In this document: piece by piece, positions 9,901 through 21,296 of the stretch | Numbering within the stretch: the first letter of the stretch is position 1 | Layout: each line of letters starts with the position of its first letter | Source of the DNA: Podarcis muralis | Taxonomy: Eukaryota | Assembly (NCBI RefSeq): GCF_964188315.1 | Contig: NC_135660.1 | Span: 96,844,001 to 96,908,000, forward strand | Direction of reading: 5' to 3' | DNA: 64,000 nucleotides | The notes under the pieces: model-generated | What the model was told of the DNA's origin: nothing | Seen by the model: the letters and a program-made list of their open reading frames with translations, nothing else | Databases searched by the model: none | Program-made: the position numbers and the translations under genes

Positions 9901-12900
9901 CTGAAATGCAGCAAAGCGCAGAAGTCAGAAAACCCAATTAAAGATCAATTTTGACATAACACCTCAGTTAAATTCCTTGTTCATCTAGTTCTGCTCTCAC
10001 TCAATTCACTCTCTTCCAACTCTATCAAGCTGTACAAAAACCTGTCAGACAGATTTTGCTTGGATTATTTAGCAGTTTGGTGCTGGAGGAGACACTTGAG
10101 AGTCCCATGGACTGTAAGAAGATCAAACCTATCCATTCTGAAGGAAATCAGCCCTGAGTGCTCACTGGAAGGACAGATCCTGAAGCTGAGGCTCCAATAC
10201 TTTGGCCACCTCATGAGAAGAGAAGACTCCCTGGAAAAGACCCTGATGTTGGGAAAGATGGAGGGCACAAGGAGAATGGGACAACAGAGGACGAGATGGT
10301 TGGACAGTGTTCTCGAAGCTACTAACATGAGCTTGATTTATTATAATAAATCTAGGCACCCTCTATGGCAGGAATACTGGGGTGGTGAACCTGCGGCCCT
10401 CCAGATGTTGCTGAACATCTGTCATCCCCAACTCTTGTGTTTGCGGCTGATGGAAGCTGAAGCTCAACCACTCTGGGGGGCCACAGGTGCCTCACCCCAG
10501 TCCTAGGGAGAAAGGACGTCAGCATTTTGTGATTTAAATGCTGAGTATTAAATAACAATTAGTCAGTAACAACTTCAGAACCCTTCTGGGATTGGTCCAA
10601 GTAGGGAAACCACACATTTAAATGCTTTCTCATGTAAATGTCTCCCTGCGCATGGATAACTAGCAGAATAAAGAATGAATACTAAACCAGACATTCTCTC
10701 AGACCTGCGCTAGTTTTCAATGAGCACTGAGGACGTTGTGTGTGGAGTCAACACACAAATGCAATCCTACACCAGCTGTCTGAAGTATATCATCCCAGCA
10801 GTTATTTTCCCCCAGCGTTTTCCTGAACCTATAAAGCTTTTACACCTATAATGCTAGCGGTCTCCGAACAATGGTTGGGAGAGTGAGTGTTCTGCAAACC
10901 CTCTCCCTTCTGTAGTTTGCACTGAGTATGGCACAACAACGTACACAACTAGATTAGCACCAGTGGAGATGCAATTTATTTATTATTCCTTTATTAAATT
11001 TACCACCCGCCTTCTTTCTTTTAAAAGAGACAAGAAGGCAAACACCTCTGTACTTAAAAACACACACACTAAAAATAAAATAAAAACACATTCGAAGTAT
11101 TAAAAGGGATCTAAAAACAACACAGGGCAATAAAATATCTAGAACAAATTTAAGAACAGATGCAAACAAACCGCACGCCTGCATAATGCTACGTCATATA
11201 AGTCCGTGAAGAAGGGGATGTGTGACCTCCTAACTTGTCAGTTTGCATTTCTTAGTACAGAAAGTATTGATCTGATGTGTAGAGACCTTTCCTGTTCTGA
11301 TTAGTTCAAGAGGGTTATATAGAAGGTTTCTTCTCTTTGTGAAAGAAAGTTTTCTTTCTATGTGAAAGAAACAGGAAGGAGGTTTCTGTCTGGGTTATTT
11401 CTGCTGGGAAGCTGAGTACAGCTGGTTTAAGCTGGCTTTGTTATCCTTTCTGTCAAGGTCGTGCTGCCTATAATAATCTGGCCAGGAGGAGCCTGGGTCT
11501 CTCTCTCTTTATCTCTCTTTGTTCTGGTGTTCTGTTTTTTGTATGCTAGTGTTAAGGTTAGGGACGCGGGTGGCGCTGTGGGTAAAAGCTCAGTGCCTAG
11601 GACTTGCCGATCGCATGGTCGGCGGTTCGAATCCCCGCGGCGGGGTGCGCTCCCATCATTCGGTCCCAGCGCCTGCCAACCTAGCAGTTTGAAAGCACCC
11701 CCGGGTGCAAGTAGATAAATAGGGACCGCTTACTAGCGGGAAGGTAAACGGCGTTCCGTGTGCTGCGCTGGCTCACCAGAGCAGCTTTGTCACGCTGGCC
11801 ACGTGACCCGGAAGTGTCTGCGGACAGCGCTGGCTCCCAGCCTATAGAGTGAGATGAGCACACAACCCTAGAGTCTGTCAAGACTGGCCCGTACGGGCAG
11901 GGGTACCTTTACCTTTACCTAGTGTTAAGGTTTAGTCTTATTATAAGTTTGTAAGTTTTATTGTAAGTGCTGCAACTGGATTTCTTATATTCTGGATTTG
12001 TGACCATTATGCTCATTTGGCTTCAGTAGCAAGTAAAAGCTCTGATGGATGAAGTACAATTGCCTCTGGTCTATTTTTCTGAATCTCTGCTACGTGTTTA
12101 AGTTTTTTCCTGCTCCCCTTTCATGGCCGATATAACTATGGTCAGGAGACTGGCCTTAGTCCCCAGTATTTTAATTTTACTTCTGGTGAGTAGTAATGGA
12201 GCCTATGTGTATAACAGATAAGTGCATAAATAGTTGATACCGATAGCAAGTTACAGTAGTTATCTGTAACAAACCAATCCGGTTGAAGATAAAAAATTGT
12301 ACCTGGTAGTGATCATCTGATGGCTCTGCAGTAACAGAGTTGATCTCCAAAACATCATTGGGTAGCCATGGCAACAGCCGGCACCTCCTGATTAAGCGAT
12401 CAGTTTCCCCATAGGCAAAGTCACGGGTCACTTCCTCTGTAAGAAAATGAAAAGTTGTAGGTATTTTTTGTACACCTGTTATCGACTCAGTGTCATTGAT
12501 ATGAATATGCAATAGCTATGCATAAACGGAGATTAATAAAAATTGCAGAAAATTTCCATACATTTAAAACAAACAAAAAAATGAGACTGAGATAGATCAA
12601 TTTTTAAGAAACAACGGATTACCAAAACTATCTCAAGAAAATAAGACAATATTGAATTATAAAATAACAGAACAAGAGATTGAAGGTGCCATTCAGAACA
12701 TGCAATTGGGCAAATCTCCAGGGCCGGATGGGCTAACCTCCAAGTACTATAAGACTTTGAAAGACTACTTGATTCAACCACTGAAGGAGGTCTGTAACGA
12801 GATTATGGAGGGGAAGAAGGCACTGGAGTCGTGGAAAGAAGCTTTCATCACACTTATACCTAAATCTGAAACTGAAAAGACACAACTTAAGAACTACTGT

Positions 12901-15900
12901 CCCATTTCCCTTCTAAATGTGGATTACAAAATCTTTGCAGATATTTTAGCAAATAGATTAAAAAAAGTGCTAAATGAAGTGATTCATAAAGATCAGGCAG
13001 GCTTTCTCCCAGGCAGACATTTGTCTGATAACACAAGGAACATTATTGACATTTTGGAACTATTGCAAATGAATACTAATACAAAAGCAGCGTTGATCTT
13101 TATTGATGCGGAGAAGGCCTTTGACAATATTTCTTGGAATTTTATGAAGAAAAATCTTAAAGGGATGGGAGTGGGACGGGAGTTTGAAAATGGTATAGAT
13201 GCAATCTATTCAGAACAAAAGGCAAAATTGATAGTTAATAATGTGGTGTCAGAAGAGTTTAAAATTGAGAAAGGAACACGACAGGGTTGCCCTATCTCTC
13301 CATTGTTATTTATTTCGGTCCTGGAGGTGCTCTTGAACATGATCAGAAGGGACCGGTTGATTGAAGGAATCCAGGTCGGAGCTAAACAATACAAACTTAA
13401 GGCCTTTGCAGATGACCTGGTTTTGACACTACAGGAGCCAGAATCTAGTACGAAAAGAGTTCTAGAACTGATACAAGAATTTGGTCGGGTGGCGGGATTT
13501 AAGCTAAATAAACAAAAAACTAAGGTTTTGGGGAAAAACTTGACAACTATGGAAAAAGAAAGGTTTCAGAAGGAGACAGGGCTAAATGTGGTTAAAAAGG
13601 TGAAATACCTAGGGGTTAACATGACGGCTAAAAACCTGAATTTATTTAAAGATAACTATGAAAAATGTTGGTCAGAAATCAAAAAGGATCTAGAAATTTG
13701 GTCAAAATTGAAGCTTTCCTTGCTGGGTCGAATTGCCGCTATAAAAATGAATGTATTGCCAAAAATGTTGTTTTTGTTTCAGACTTTGCAGATTGTGGAC
13801 AAGATGGATTGTTTCAAGAGGGAGTTCCCAATCAGCAGCTCCGCAAGAAAAGCAGCTCCCTTCCAAAAGGGAGCCTACGAGTCCCATTTTTGGCAGGGAT
13901 CTTCTTCCGTAACCCAGCTTGAAGTTCCTTTGAAGTTGGGTCACCTGAAGTCATGGTAATGTTACGAAACTGAGAGTTGGGTAGCTGCACCGATAAGTGG
14001 TCCATGGGGAAGCTCAGGATTTGGCACAGTCGCCGCATCCTTTTCATCACCCTCTGCCCTTAAAAAACAACAACGCAGAAGCGTCTTGCACGGAAGTCTT
14101 ATAGGCAAAGAGAACACTGACTTACCCAGATAGCACACCTAGTGCACAGATACACTTACCTCCGGTCTCAAGGTCCCTTAAGGGCCAGAGAACCGTATAA
14201 GCAATTTGTTGCCGCATGTAAAATAAGGGGGCTGTTGCAAAAGTGGGCTCATCTGAATGCTGGATTCGGGACCCAAATTCATCCATAATGTACCAGACAG
14301 GGACCTTCTCCTCTGCAGTCTGCACAAGAAGAACAAACTCAGTCATGTGTTATAAAAATGACTGTAACATCTGACTTCAGGGGTGTTTCTGCAGGACTGC
14401 TGCTCGACTCCTTGGCAGTTACGCTACGGAGTCTCACAGGCTCTGGTGTTGCCCCATGTTATTTATATCTACATGAAAGGCTGAGTGAGGTTGTTCAGAG
14501 GTTTGGGGTGCGATATCTTTAATAAGCAGATGATACCCAACTAGTTCTCCGTTTCAGCAAATTAAGCAGAAGCAGAAAGTGCTAAATCTGTGCCTGTGAT
14601 GTCAAGTATCATTCATTTGCACCCGGGAAATGCTTTTAAAAGCTTGTTCTTCACAATCTCTTAATTTTGCAGCTAGACCCCCGTGAGAGTTTCAGCTTTC
14701 CTACTACGGCCATACCCCATGTGACAGCTGATAGGTCTGGTTGTATTTCCACATTTCCTCCAAGACCTGAGCGACAGCTCTCTCATCCGGCACTTCTCCA
14801 TGGAAGTCTATTCCCATCAGGTTGGCCATTCTGTGAAGCAGACCAGGGACCTGCAGAAGCTGCTGGTGGGCATGTTCAACGCGGTATGTCCAGGCATGGT
14901 CAATGAGGAAAATGCTTTGAAGGCAAGACAGGCCAGGTGAAGAGCAAAACACAGTACACAGGCACACATGATGATGCAGGCAGTTCATGATGATGGCGAT
15001 AGACAAGGCATTCTAAAACTCTGCCCTAATAACAGTCCGAATTAAAACTGCTGACGCCATGGTCACCTCTTACTGCAACTACTGCCACCTCCCCCCTCTC
15101 CCATTCCACCTTGCCATGCAACATTCATCCATAACTCTCCTGTCTGCTGCCGGATCCTGACAGGCGTCTTATATTTACCTTCAAAACCCTCCATGGCCTC
15201 TTGTATCCCAATATAGCCTTATCTGTGCCCTTTTGCTTCCCAAAAACAACCTCTCTCCTTTCTCCCTTCCTGCTACATATGCTTGGAACTGCCTTCCAGA
15301 ATACCCCAAGGCACCTCTTTTTCTTCCATCAAATCTCTCCTCAAAACCGACCTTCTCCGTAGATCCTTCAGAACCATCCCAGAATCCCCCATATTGTAAC
15401 TAACTCCAAGCACACGTAACTAAATAACTGCACGATCTACCTGTTGCCTCTTCTTGCTCTGCTGTCTTGCTTGTGTTGCTCCAAGGATTGCATATATCAG
15501 GCACAGGCAAACTCGGCCCTCCAGATGTTTTGGGACTACAACTCCCACCATCCCTAGCTAGCAGGACCAGTGGTCAGGGATGATGGGAGTTGTAGTCCTA
15601 AAACATCTGGAGGGTCGAGTTTGCCTATGCCTGGCATATATTGTAAGCCCTTCAGGGCAGGGACCTATCTTCTCATACTTTGTAAAGCTCATGAGCATAA
15701 GGGCACCCTGCAACACAACATTCAGGTCGGCTTCAGAATAATGACTCACCTGTTAGAATTTGCCGCCTGAAGTCCCATTTCGTTTGTCACTATCACTTTG
15801 TAGCAGAGTTCATTTCCAGGATTTGAATTCTTTTTCAGTTCTCCCTCAAGTTCTTCGTCGCCGTCATCTTCCTCTTCCACCTCCTCCACTTGCATTATCC

Positions 15901-18900
15901 CAAAATACTCCCCAGCATCAAACATCTGAAATTGTAAACAAGGATGAAAGGGCAAAGCCTTAAACTAGACCCAACAGACTGAGCATGGTATTTAAAAAAA
16001 AGCTTTGAAAGTTAAGCATCAAGTAGGAGTTCACCACTATATAATTCCAGTGAACTACATAGTACAGTGAGTTTAAGTCTGTAAGCGGAGAGGCACCTGT
16101 ATTTGGGAATGTATTTCACTACCCCATTGTAAGGATGGTCAGTATCCTTATCCATACATTGCAGGTGCTGCTGAGAAAATAATGGCTCCAGAGTTCAGGG
16201 TTCAGAGATTTGCTCACTCCTGTTCTTTGGGGCTAAACACTTGTTCCTTTCAAGCATGTTTAACCTGGCCCTTTTATTTTTTTTTAAAAAAGAGCTGCTT
16301 TGGGTGGTGTGGATTTAGAATGGAGAATCAGGGGAAGCAGGAGGTACTTAAACCTGCTCTTACTTGTCCTTTCTCTGCTCCAAATCATCCCTTCACAACA
16401 TTCAAAGAGTTCTGTTGGAGCCTTGGTAAAGGTGGAGAAGCAACTGCCAGGTGAATGGCAAGAACCCTTTCCCGCCCACTTCCTTCATCCAAAAGTGGCT
16501 TTGGGGGCTTAGAGAATGGTTTTGGCCATTTACATGCAACTTGCATGGTCCTTATTTAATATACCACACCAACACTGAATACACAAGCGCTTGTCATAGA
16601 TATTAGTGAGGCAGCACAGGGATCATGGTTAGCACCTAGAACTTGTCACAAATCTCCGAAAACACTGTTTTTTAAAATAATACTAATTTTGTTCACACCT
16701 CAACAGCAGGAAGTTTCAGCCGTGTTATTCAATATTTATTATCTCTGCCATTTAGTTCACTCTCCAATGGCTGAGAAGCGATCTCATCCACAATGGCAGG
16801 AGAATATCACTTTTAACTCCAATAGGAGATGAAAAACATACACGCAGGAGACACGAAAACGCATTCATTTGTGCCAGCTTCCCATCAGCCTTGAATTCAC
16901 TTACAGCTCTCAGGTTGCAAATCAAGTGTCAACCTGCAGACCGACTTAGTAATCCACCATAAAAGAGGAAGCCAAACAATAAAACCGAAGTGCTGGCATA
17001 TAACAGAAAACTAAGAAAATAACCTGATTACTCAGAAGGGCTGCAGCGATCTGTGGATTGCTCAATTAACAGGGCAGCATTTTTTAAAAAAGTTAAAACA
17101 TGTTTTATTACAAAAAACTATGGCCAGCAGTCACGTTAGAATGGCCTTTCTCAGGGATTCACCGATTATAGCTGGCCTTAGCAGAAAACCTGGTCACTTG
17201 GTTCCTGGTGCGAGCTCAAGAAGTGGGATTGTGTCCCTGACATTGCACCGTGCTTCCAATATGGCAAAGTACTCTTCTTGCTTTTCAGAACTACCATTTT
17301 AATCATACGAAACTAACCCTCATGCAAACAGTCCTACTGTTCAGATATATACCCTTAATGGGAAGGTCAAAAATGATTCTCAGCAGTTTAAAGGGGATGC
17401 GCTATTCTCAAACCACCTGCCACCCCAGAAGCAACTTACTATTGTTGAATTGTTTAGAAAGAGTTGGCATTGGAATTCAAAAGCATTTTTTTAAAAAAAT
17501 TGCAATGGCAAAAACATGCCAAAGACTAGAAAATAAGGATACATGTGCAGTGACATCCACATTTCTTGTTTTGCATCTTTATTTGAAAGGTTTCCCTTGG
17601 CTGACTGCAAGTGTGTGCCCCCTCCCGAATTTTTAAAAGGAAGTTAAATCTACCACAGAGCAATGATTTTCAAACCGTGTTCTGTGTTCCCTAGAAGCTA
17701 TTGGGTATTTTTCAGTGAAAAGATCAGGAGAACCTTGGCTGCCCCTATCTGAAAATCATCTTGTCCTTTATTTCCAATTCTCAGATACAGTGTAAAGCTG
17801 CAGAGAGTATCAGAAACATTCTGGAGCAATGTCTAACTGGCCTGCCCAGTGCTCCATGTAAACTGAGCGCTCAACTCAAACATTCCCACCAAAAATCAGC
17901 TGCAATACTGAGCAGTTCCTTAAACTCGGCAAGGTAGAAATGTTGAAAACAAAACACCATTGTCTTGAGTCTTGCACTCTGGAGGAAGTTTTCCTTTCAC
18001 GGTATTTGGAGAGGCAGAAGGTAAATTCTGTTGGACACGGAGCAATTTAAAAAGCAAGCTAGACCACTACAGAACCATGAAAGAGTCAAACTGCTCTTCT
18101 CTTCTGAAGTCATCGCAGTAAGATGGAAAGGTCCACAGGTTATAAATGAAGTGAAAAACATTAACTCATGGAGCAGCAAAAAATCACTGCTCAGATTTGC
18201 TTTTACAAGTACAGACAAAAAGGTATTTATATAAGCTATGCATGGCAATGGCACACACTGGGATAAAGCAGGAAAAAACTGAATGGGGAATAAGGGAAAG
18301 CAAGAAAAGCAAGTTAAGAACCTAAGCCTACAAAAAAACATGTTTTTCCTTCTTGTTTCACTGGGGGCGGTACAGGAACTGGGTGGGGCAGGTTATCCAA
18401 AGTAACTCACATTTCATGTATTGTTATTCATTCATGTGTGAAATGCCTTCCACATATATATCCCAAGGTGATTAACAAACATGCCCTTAAAAACAACTAA
18501 AATACAGTACTTGTTAAAACAGGACAAGAACAACCAAGTATAGGTTAAAAACAAAAGCAGAATCCATGGGTTGTACCCAGAACAGAATTTCCTATGCCCT
18601 CTCAGATCTGTTATGAGGCTTCAACCACCCCGAACATTTTGGGTGGGGGGCAGTCCTGTTGCACTGGCAGAAGTCCTTGCACAAACTGGGACAACTAGTA
18701 GATATAACTTCATACTTTCTTCTTCTGCTGCTGCTGCTAAGGGGGCAACACAGCCTACATGGACTATACAGTATTGGCCACCCCTATACAAACTTCATGA
18801 TCTCTTTATATAAAATGGATCTTAAAAGAACTCAGACTAATAAATTCATTCCAGTCTCAGTGACAGAGCAGCAATAGCCCACAGTCAATTCAGACGTCAC

Positions 18901-21296
18901 TTCAAACCACAATCAGCATAAGCCACAGCTTTCTAAATTGCTTCATTCCGATTCATGCTTTAGCCATGTAGCTCTAGGGCGGCAAGCCATTGCTGACACT
19001 CAGGCAAGTGGGTATGCAATGGCAGCCTAATCTACCTTACCCATGGTTGATGGCAGGGATTGTCAGTTTAACAGCCATGGTCACCTACTCACTCACAGTG
19101 GCCTTTCCTGGTGCCCTGCTTGCTAAAATTTGGCAAGAAAGATGCATTCATTCTACTGTAGCCAATAGCACAGGTTGCAGTGTGTGCTTTGTGGAGGGGG
19201 CTGTGACAGTTTCTCCAGCTTGCAAATGTGTCCCCAGGTCCCCAAAGGCTGGCAATCCCTGACTGATTGCACGTCTTAACTGAGACAATGCCAAAATGCT
19301 GGATGTTTAGTATTACACTTACCGCTTGATTTCAAAACACGGTAGTGTTTGAATTATTAACTGTGAAAGTAGAGAGTTGAACAAGTTTTATGCAGATGGG
19401 ATTTAAAATTCTTTGTCACGGCTGCTCTTGGACTAGTTTCTTGCTCATTCTCCCTCCAATTTCACATGTTTTGCACAAGAACAATTGCTTTGTACTTCCA
19501 AACAGAGCTGCTGACCACTATATTTTTATCATAATTACCGAAAGCCTTTACAATGCGGTTAAAAAACATGGACATCACTTGTCCATAAAGACAGGTATCA
19601 AGTTTCTATTCCACTGCCAACATGATTCCTAACTGGAATTAATGCCTCCCCTTTGCTCCTCTCATCAGTTCCGTCAAAGAGACATACATCTAAACACAGC
19701 ATTTAGAACCAGGGAACAAAATTAAGCCACCTCCAAAAAGAAAAACACAAGCCACTTTCAAAACAGTCCCCCCCCCCCCGCCCAAGTTAATTACCAATAA
19801 CCGCTCAAAAAACTTGGTAGGGAATCTCACCCCTTCATCAAACTCACTTTCAACTCTCAAGTCTTCTTTTGAAAACCAGAAAGGGCAAGATCAAACAAGT
19901 CTTCGATTCTAAAACCAATCACCAAGGAAGCAACACAACAACACTCACCTAAGACCCTATTGAATGCAATGGGTCTTACAACTAGGGGGCACGGTTAGCA
20001 TTTCAGCCCAAAGCATCCTCCCTTAAAGGTAAAAGGATCCCTGACCATTAGGTTCAGTTGTGGCCGACTCTGGGGTTGCGGCGCTCATCTCGCTTTATTG
20101 GCCGAGGGAGCCGGCGTACAGCTTCCGGGTCATGTGGCCAGCATGACTAAGCCGCTTCTGATGAACCAGAGCAGCGCACGGAAACGCCATTTACCTTCCC
20201 GCCGGAGCGGTACCTATTTATCTACTTGCACTGATGTGCTTTCGAACTGCTAGGTTGGCAGGAGCAGGGACCGAGCAACGGGAGCTCACCCCGTCACGGG
20301 GATTTGAACCGCTGACCTTCTGATCGGCAAGTCCTAGCTCTGTGGTTTAACCCACAGTGCCTCCTGCGTCCCCACCCTCCCTTAGAAGTAACCAATTTCA
20401 AATCAATTATGCTTACTCCCAAAATCTGACTTAGTCGTTCACCATGATCCTTTAGGCTGAAGCAGGCGCAAGCGAGAGAAAAAGGTCCTCCTCAAATTAC
20501 TCCCAGCTAAGCAACTCCCCTATGAAGAAAGGTTGCAGGATTCAGTGCCAGATTTAGGGTGGTGAGTTGGTTTCCCTCTGTATTTATGCAGGTACAGTAC
20601 CTACTGAGAAAACCCATAAAAGGAAACTCTACCAAAAGGAATTATTGTGAAAATAAAATTTAAAAATGGGGGGGGGGGAGTGTGGCCAGATTTTGTCCTT
20701 GCTGAGGGTGCCATATTACCAAAATCTGGCTGTTTGGGACTTTTTAAGTTACAGAGAAAGTGAGCAAGAGGCTCCATGATAGAAGTTCACAAAACCATGC
20801 CCGGCATGGGAAGAGAGGATGGGAACATCGTTTTCCTCCCTGTCTCGGGGTCGCGCAATGAAGCAGCTCGGCCGGACTATGGAAGGCGCTTCCCAGGACG
20901 CGGCGAGGCCCACCGGGGCGGCGTGGAAGGACTGCCGGGGGCGCGGAGCCGCGCGGGCCCGGCCCGGCCTGCCGCCTTGGATGCGGGCTCAGCTCCCGCG
21001 CGCTGCTTTGCCGCAACAGGCGCCGGCGAGAAAAGGGCGCCGGGGGCCGGATCCAGCCTCCGCCCCGGAGGACCCCCGAGGCTGCGCCAAAGCCTTGCCC
21101 GCGCCCAAGCGCGCTGCCTGCCCGCCTGCCTGCCTCCCTTCCCGGCGCGCGCTTCCCCCCCGTCGGCTGCGCCCACCTCGCCCTCCAGTTTGCGCCACAG
21201 GCTCTGCCAGTAGCGGGGCGGCACCGCCGAGGCGCGCAGCGCCGGCCCGTGCAGGGACACGAACGCCTTGTAGTCGTCGGCGCAGTCGCCCTCCAT
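898..21296 (-). CDS. TTLL12: Tubulin-tyrosine ligase-like protein 12, coding exons 1-12 (3' exons 13-14 outside the window)
   Basis: join(complement): 21177-21296, 15750-15925, 14716-14914, 14160-14319, 12303-12436, 9694-9770, 6813-6929, 6513-6707, 3710-3821, 2209-2360, 2024-2105, 898-966. All introns are GT-AG, phases are consistent and there are no stops. The peptide matches TTLL12 throughout (IFLIDHAW, VWYIMDEFGSRIQH, EVTRDFAYGE, NQFPCENLLTVKDCLAS, WICKPWNLARSLD, KFDIRYIVLL, DDYEKHFTVMNY). Confidence 0.97.
1610..1851. mobile_element. Tc1/mariner (Tigger-like) MITE
   Basis: Imperfect TIRs cagtcatactttgg / ccaaggtacaactg, TA on both sides. Same family as the fragments at 39743 and about 53940. 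Confidence 0.7.
2024..2105 (-). CDS. TTLL12: TTLL12 exon 11 (AFSLDDLDDYEKHFTVMNY...LKQ)
   Basis: cag acceptor, gtgagt donor, 82 nt, phase 2->0. Confidence 0.96.
2209..2360 (-). CDS. TTLL12: TTLL12 exon 10 (VVSKYIENPVLF...VFWLRFSN)
   Basis: cag acceptor, gtaaga donor, 152 nt, phase 0->2. Confidence 0.96.
2721..3132 (+). mobile_element. CR1 LINE 3' fragment
   Basis: Typical CR1 3' ORF2 region (tttagcctggaagagaggagactgag...) ending in ttccaactctacaattctatgattctatg. Confidence 0.85.
3710..3821 (-). CDS. TTLL12: TTLL12 exon 9 (EEDNHWICKPWNLARSLD...SIPK)
   Basis: tag acceptor, gtcaga donor, 112 nt, phase 2->0. Confidence 0.96.
4238..4510 (-). mobile_element. Sauria SINE, older/degenerate, 3'-truncated
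   Basis: Diverged match to the other SINE copies; tRNA-like head gtaggtggcgctgcgg on the minus strand. Confidence 0.75.
4942..5298 (+). mobile_element. Sauria SINE, full length (young subfamily B)
   Basis: gggacgcgggtggcgctg head with box B ggttcgaatcc, (ACCTTT)n tail, 14-bp TSD ttactttgagggtg (4927-4940 / 5299-5312). Confidence 0.92.
5467..6393 (-). mobile_element. Sauria SINE (subfamily A) split by an L2 insertion
   Basis: 3' half 5467-5642, 5' half 6222-6393, 11-bp TSD attccactata (5456-5466 / 6394-6404). Confidence 0.88.
5643..6221 (-). mobile_element. L2-clade LINE 3' fragment
   Basis: ORF2 C-terminus DHIYPVLYQLHWLPVEYRVRFKVL..., 3'UTR, (AGT/ATT)n tail. Confidence 0.85.
6513..6707 (-). 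CDS. TTLL12: TTLL12 exon 8 (KLSEERPHVMLNQFPCENLL...KQRER)
   Basis: tag acceptor, gtgagt donor, 195 nt, phase 2->2. Confidence 0.96.
6813..6929 (-). CDS. TTLL12: TTLL12 exon 7 (VYTDLQQVLQNLTHPRF...FSHFKDFR)
   Basis: cag acceptor, gttaca donor, 117 nt, phase 2->2. Confidence 0.94.
7166..7834. mobile_element. Tigger/pogo-like MITE (about 670 bp) with a GC-rich hairpin interior
   Basis: 22-bp TIRs cagtagtgcctcgcaagacgaa / ttcgtcttgcggggcaccactg, TA TSD (7164-65, 7835-36). Confidence 0.85.
7915..7954. repeat. (TACA)n microsatellite
   Basis: About 10 tandem units seen directly. Confidence 0.9.
8560..8597. repeat. (AAAC)n microsatellite
   Basis: About 9 tandem units seen directly. Confidence 0.9.
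9694..9770 (-). CDS. TTLL12: TTLL12 exon 6 (AILSENKETLPIPIKLPVYDKNKIFK)
   Basis: Not in the ORF track; found by reading the minus strand. tag acceptor, gtacgt donor, 77 nt, phase 0->2. Confidence 0.92.
10068..10336 (+). mobile_element. BovB (RTE) LINE ORF2 C-terminal fragment
   Basis: WCWRRHLRVPWTVRRSNLSILKEISPECSLEGQILKLRLQYFGHLMRREDSLEKTLMLGK is characteristic of BovB. Confidence 0.9.
11219..12122 (+). mobile_element. Putative solo-LTR-like element interrupted by a SINE
   Basis: TG...CA-bounded segment with a TATA-like ttatatag, an AGTAAA signal and a T-rich U5-like end. TSD not recovered; boundaries uncertain. Confidence 0.3.
11561..11918 (+). mobile_element. Sauria SINE, full length (subfamily B)
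   Basis: Head and tail intact, 14-bp TSD ctagtgttaaggtt (11546-11559 / 11919-11932). Confidence 0.92.
12303..12436 (-). CDS. TTLL12: TTLL12 exon 5 (EEVTRDFAYGETD...DDHYQ)
   Basis: cag acceptor, gtacaa donor, 134 nt, phase 1->0. Confidence 0.95.
12565..13819 (+). mobile_element. L1 LINE ORF2 internal fragment (complete RT domain, open frame)
   Basis: SPGPDG, PISLLNVDYKI, IDAEKAFD, GTRQGCPISPLLF, FADD and KYLG motifs. Homology ends at ...MDCFK; no 3'UTR or poly(A). Confidence 0.92.
14160..14319 (-). CDS. TTLL12: TTLL12 exon 4 (TAEEKVPVWYIMDEFG...DLETG)
   Basis: cag acceptor, gtaagt donor, 160 nt, phase 0->1. Confidence 0.95.
14430..14560 (+). mobile_element. Decayed L2 RT remnant
   Basis: Translates LSEVVQRFGVRYL*-ADDTQL, a YADDTQL-like motif with disruptions. 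Confidence 0.55.
14716..14914 (-). CDS. TTLL12: TTLL12 exon 3 (IFLIDHAW...YQLSHG)
   Basis: aag acceptor, gtatgg donor, 199 nt, phase 2->0. Confidence 0.95.
15498..15633. mobile_element. hAT MITE (near-palindromic, 136 bp) inserted in an L2 3' end
   Basis: TIR caggcacaggcaaactcggccctccagatgttt / aaacatctggagggtcgagtttgcctatgcctg, perfect 8-bp TSD gcatatat. Confidence 0.9.
15750..15925 (-). CDS. TTLL12: TTLL12 exon 2 (MFDAGEYFGIMQV...AANSN)
   Basis: cag acceptor, AG|gtgagt donor, 176 nt, phase 0->2. Confidence 0.95.
20026..20373 (-). mobile_element. Sauria SINE, full length (subfamily A)
   Basis: 9-bp TSD cctccctta (20017-20025 / 20376-20384). Confidence 0.9.

Noticed and set aside
10068-10336. 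BovB fragments as evidence of a new horizontal transfer
   Set aside because: BovB is long established in squamates and these pieces are short and decayed.
12652-13959. 435-aa ORF as a host gene
   Set aside because: It is L1 ORF2 RT with read-through into intron sequence; reported as a mobile element.
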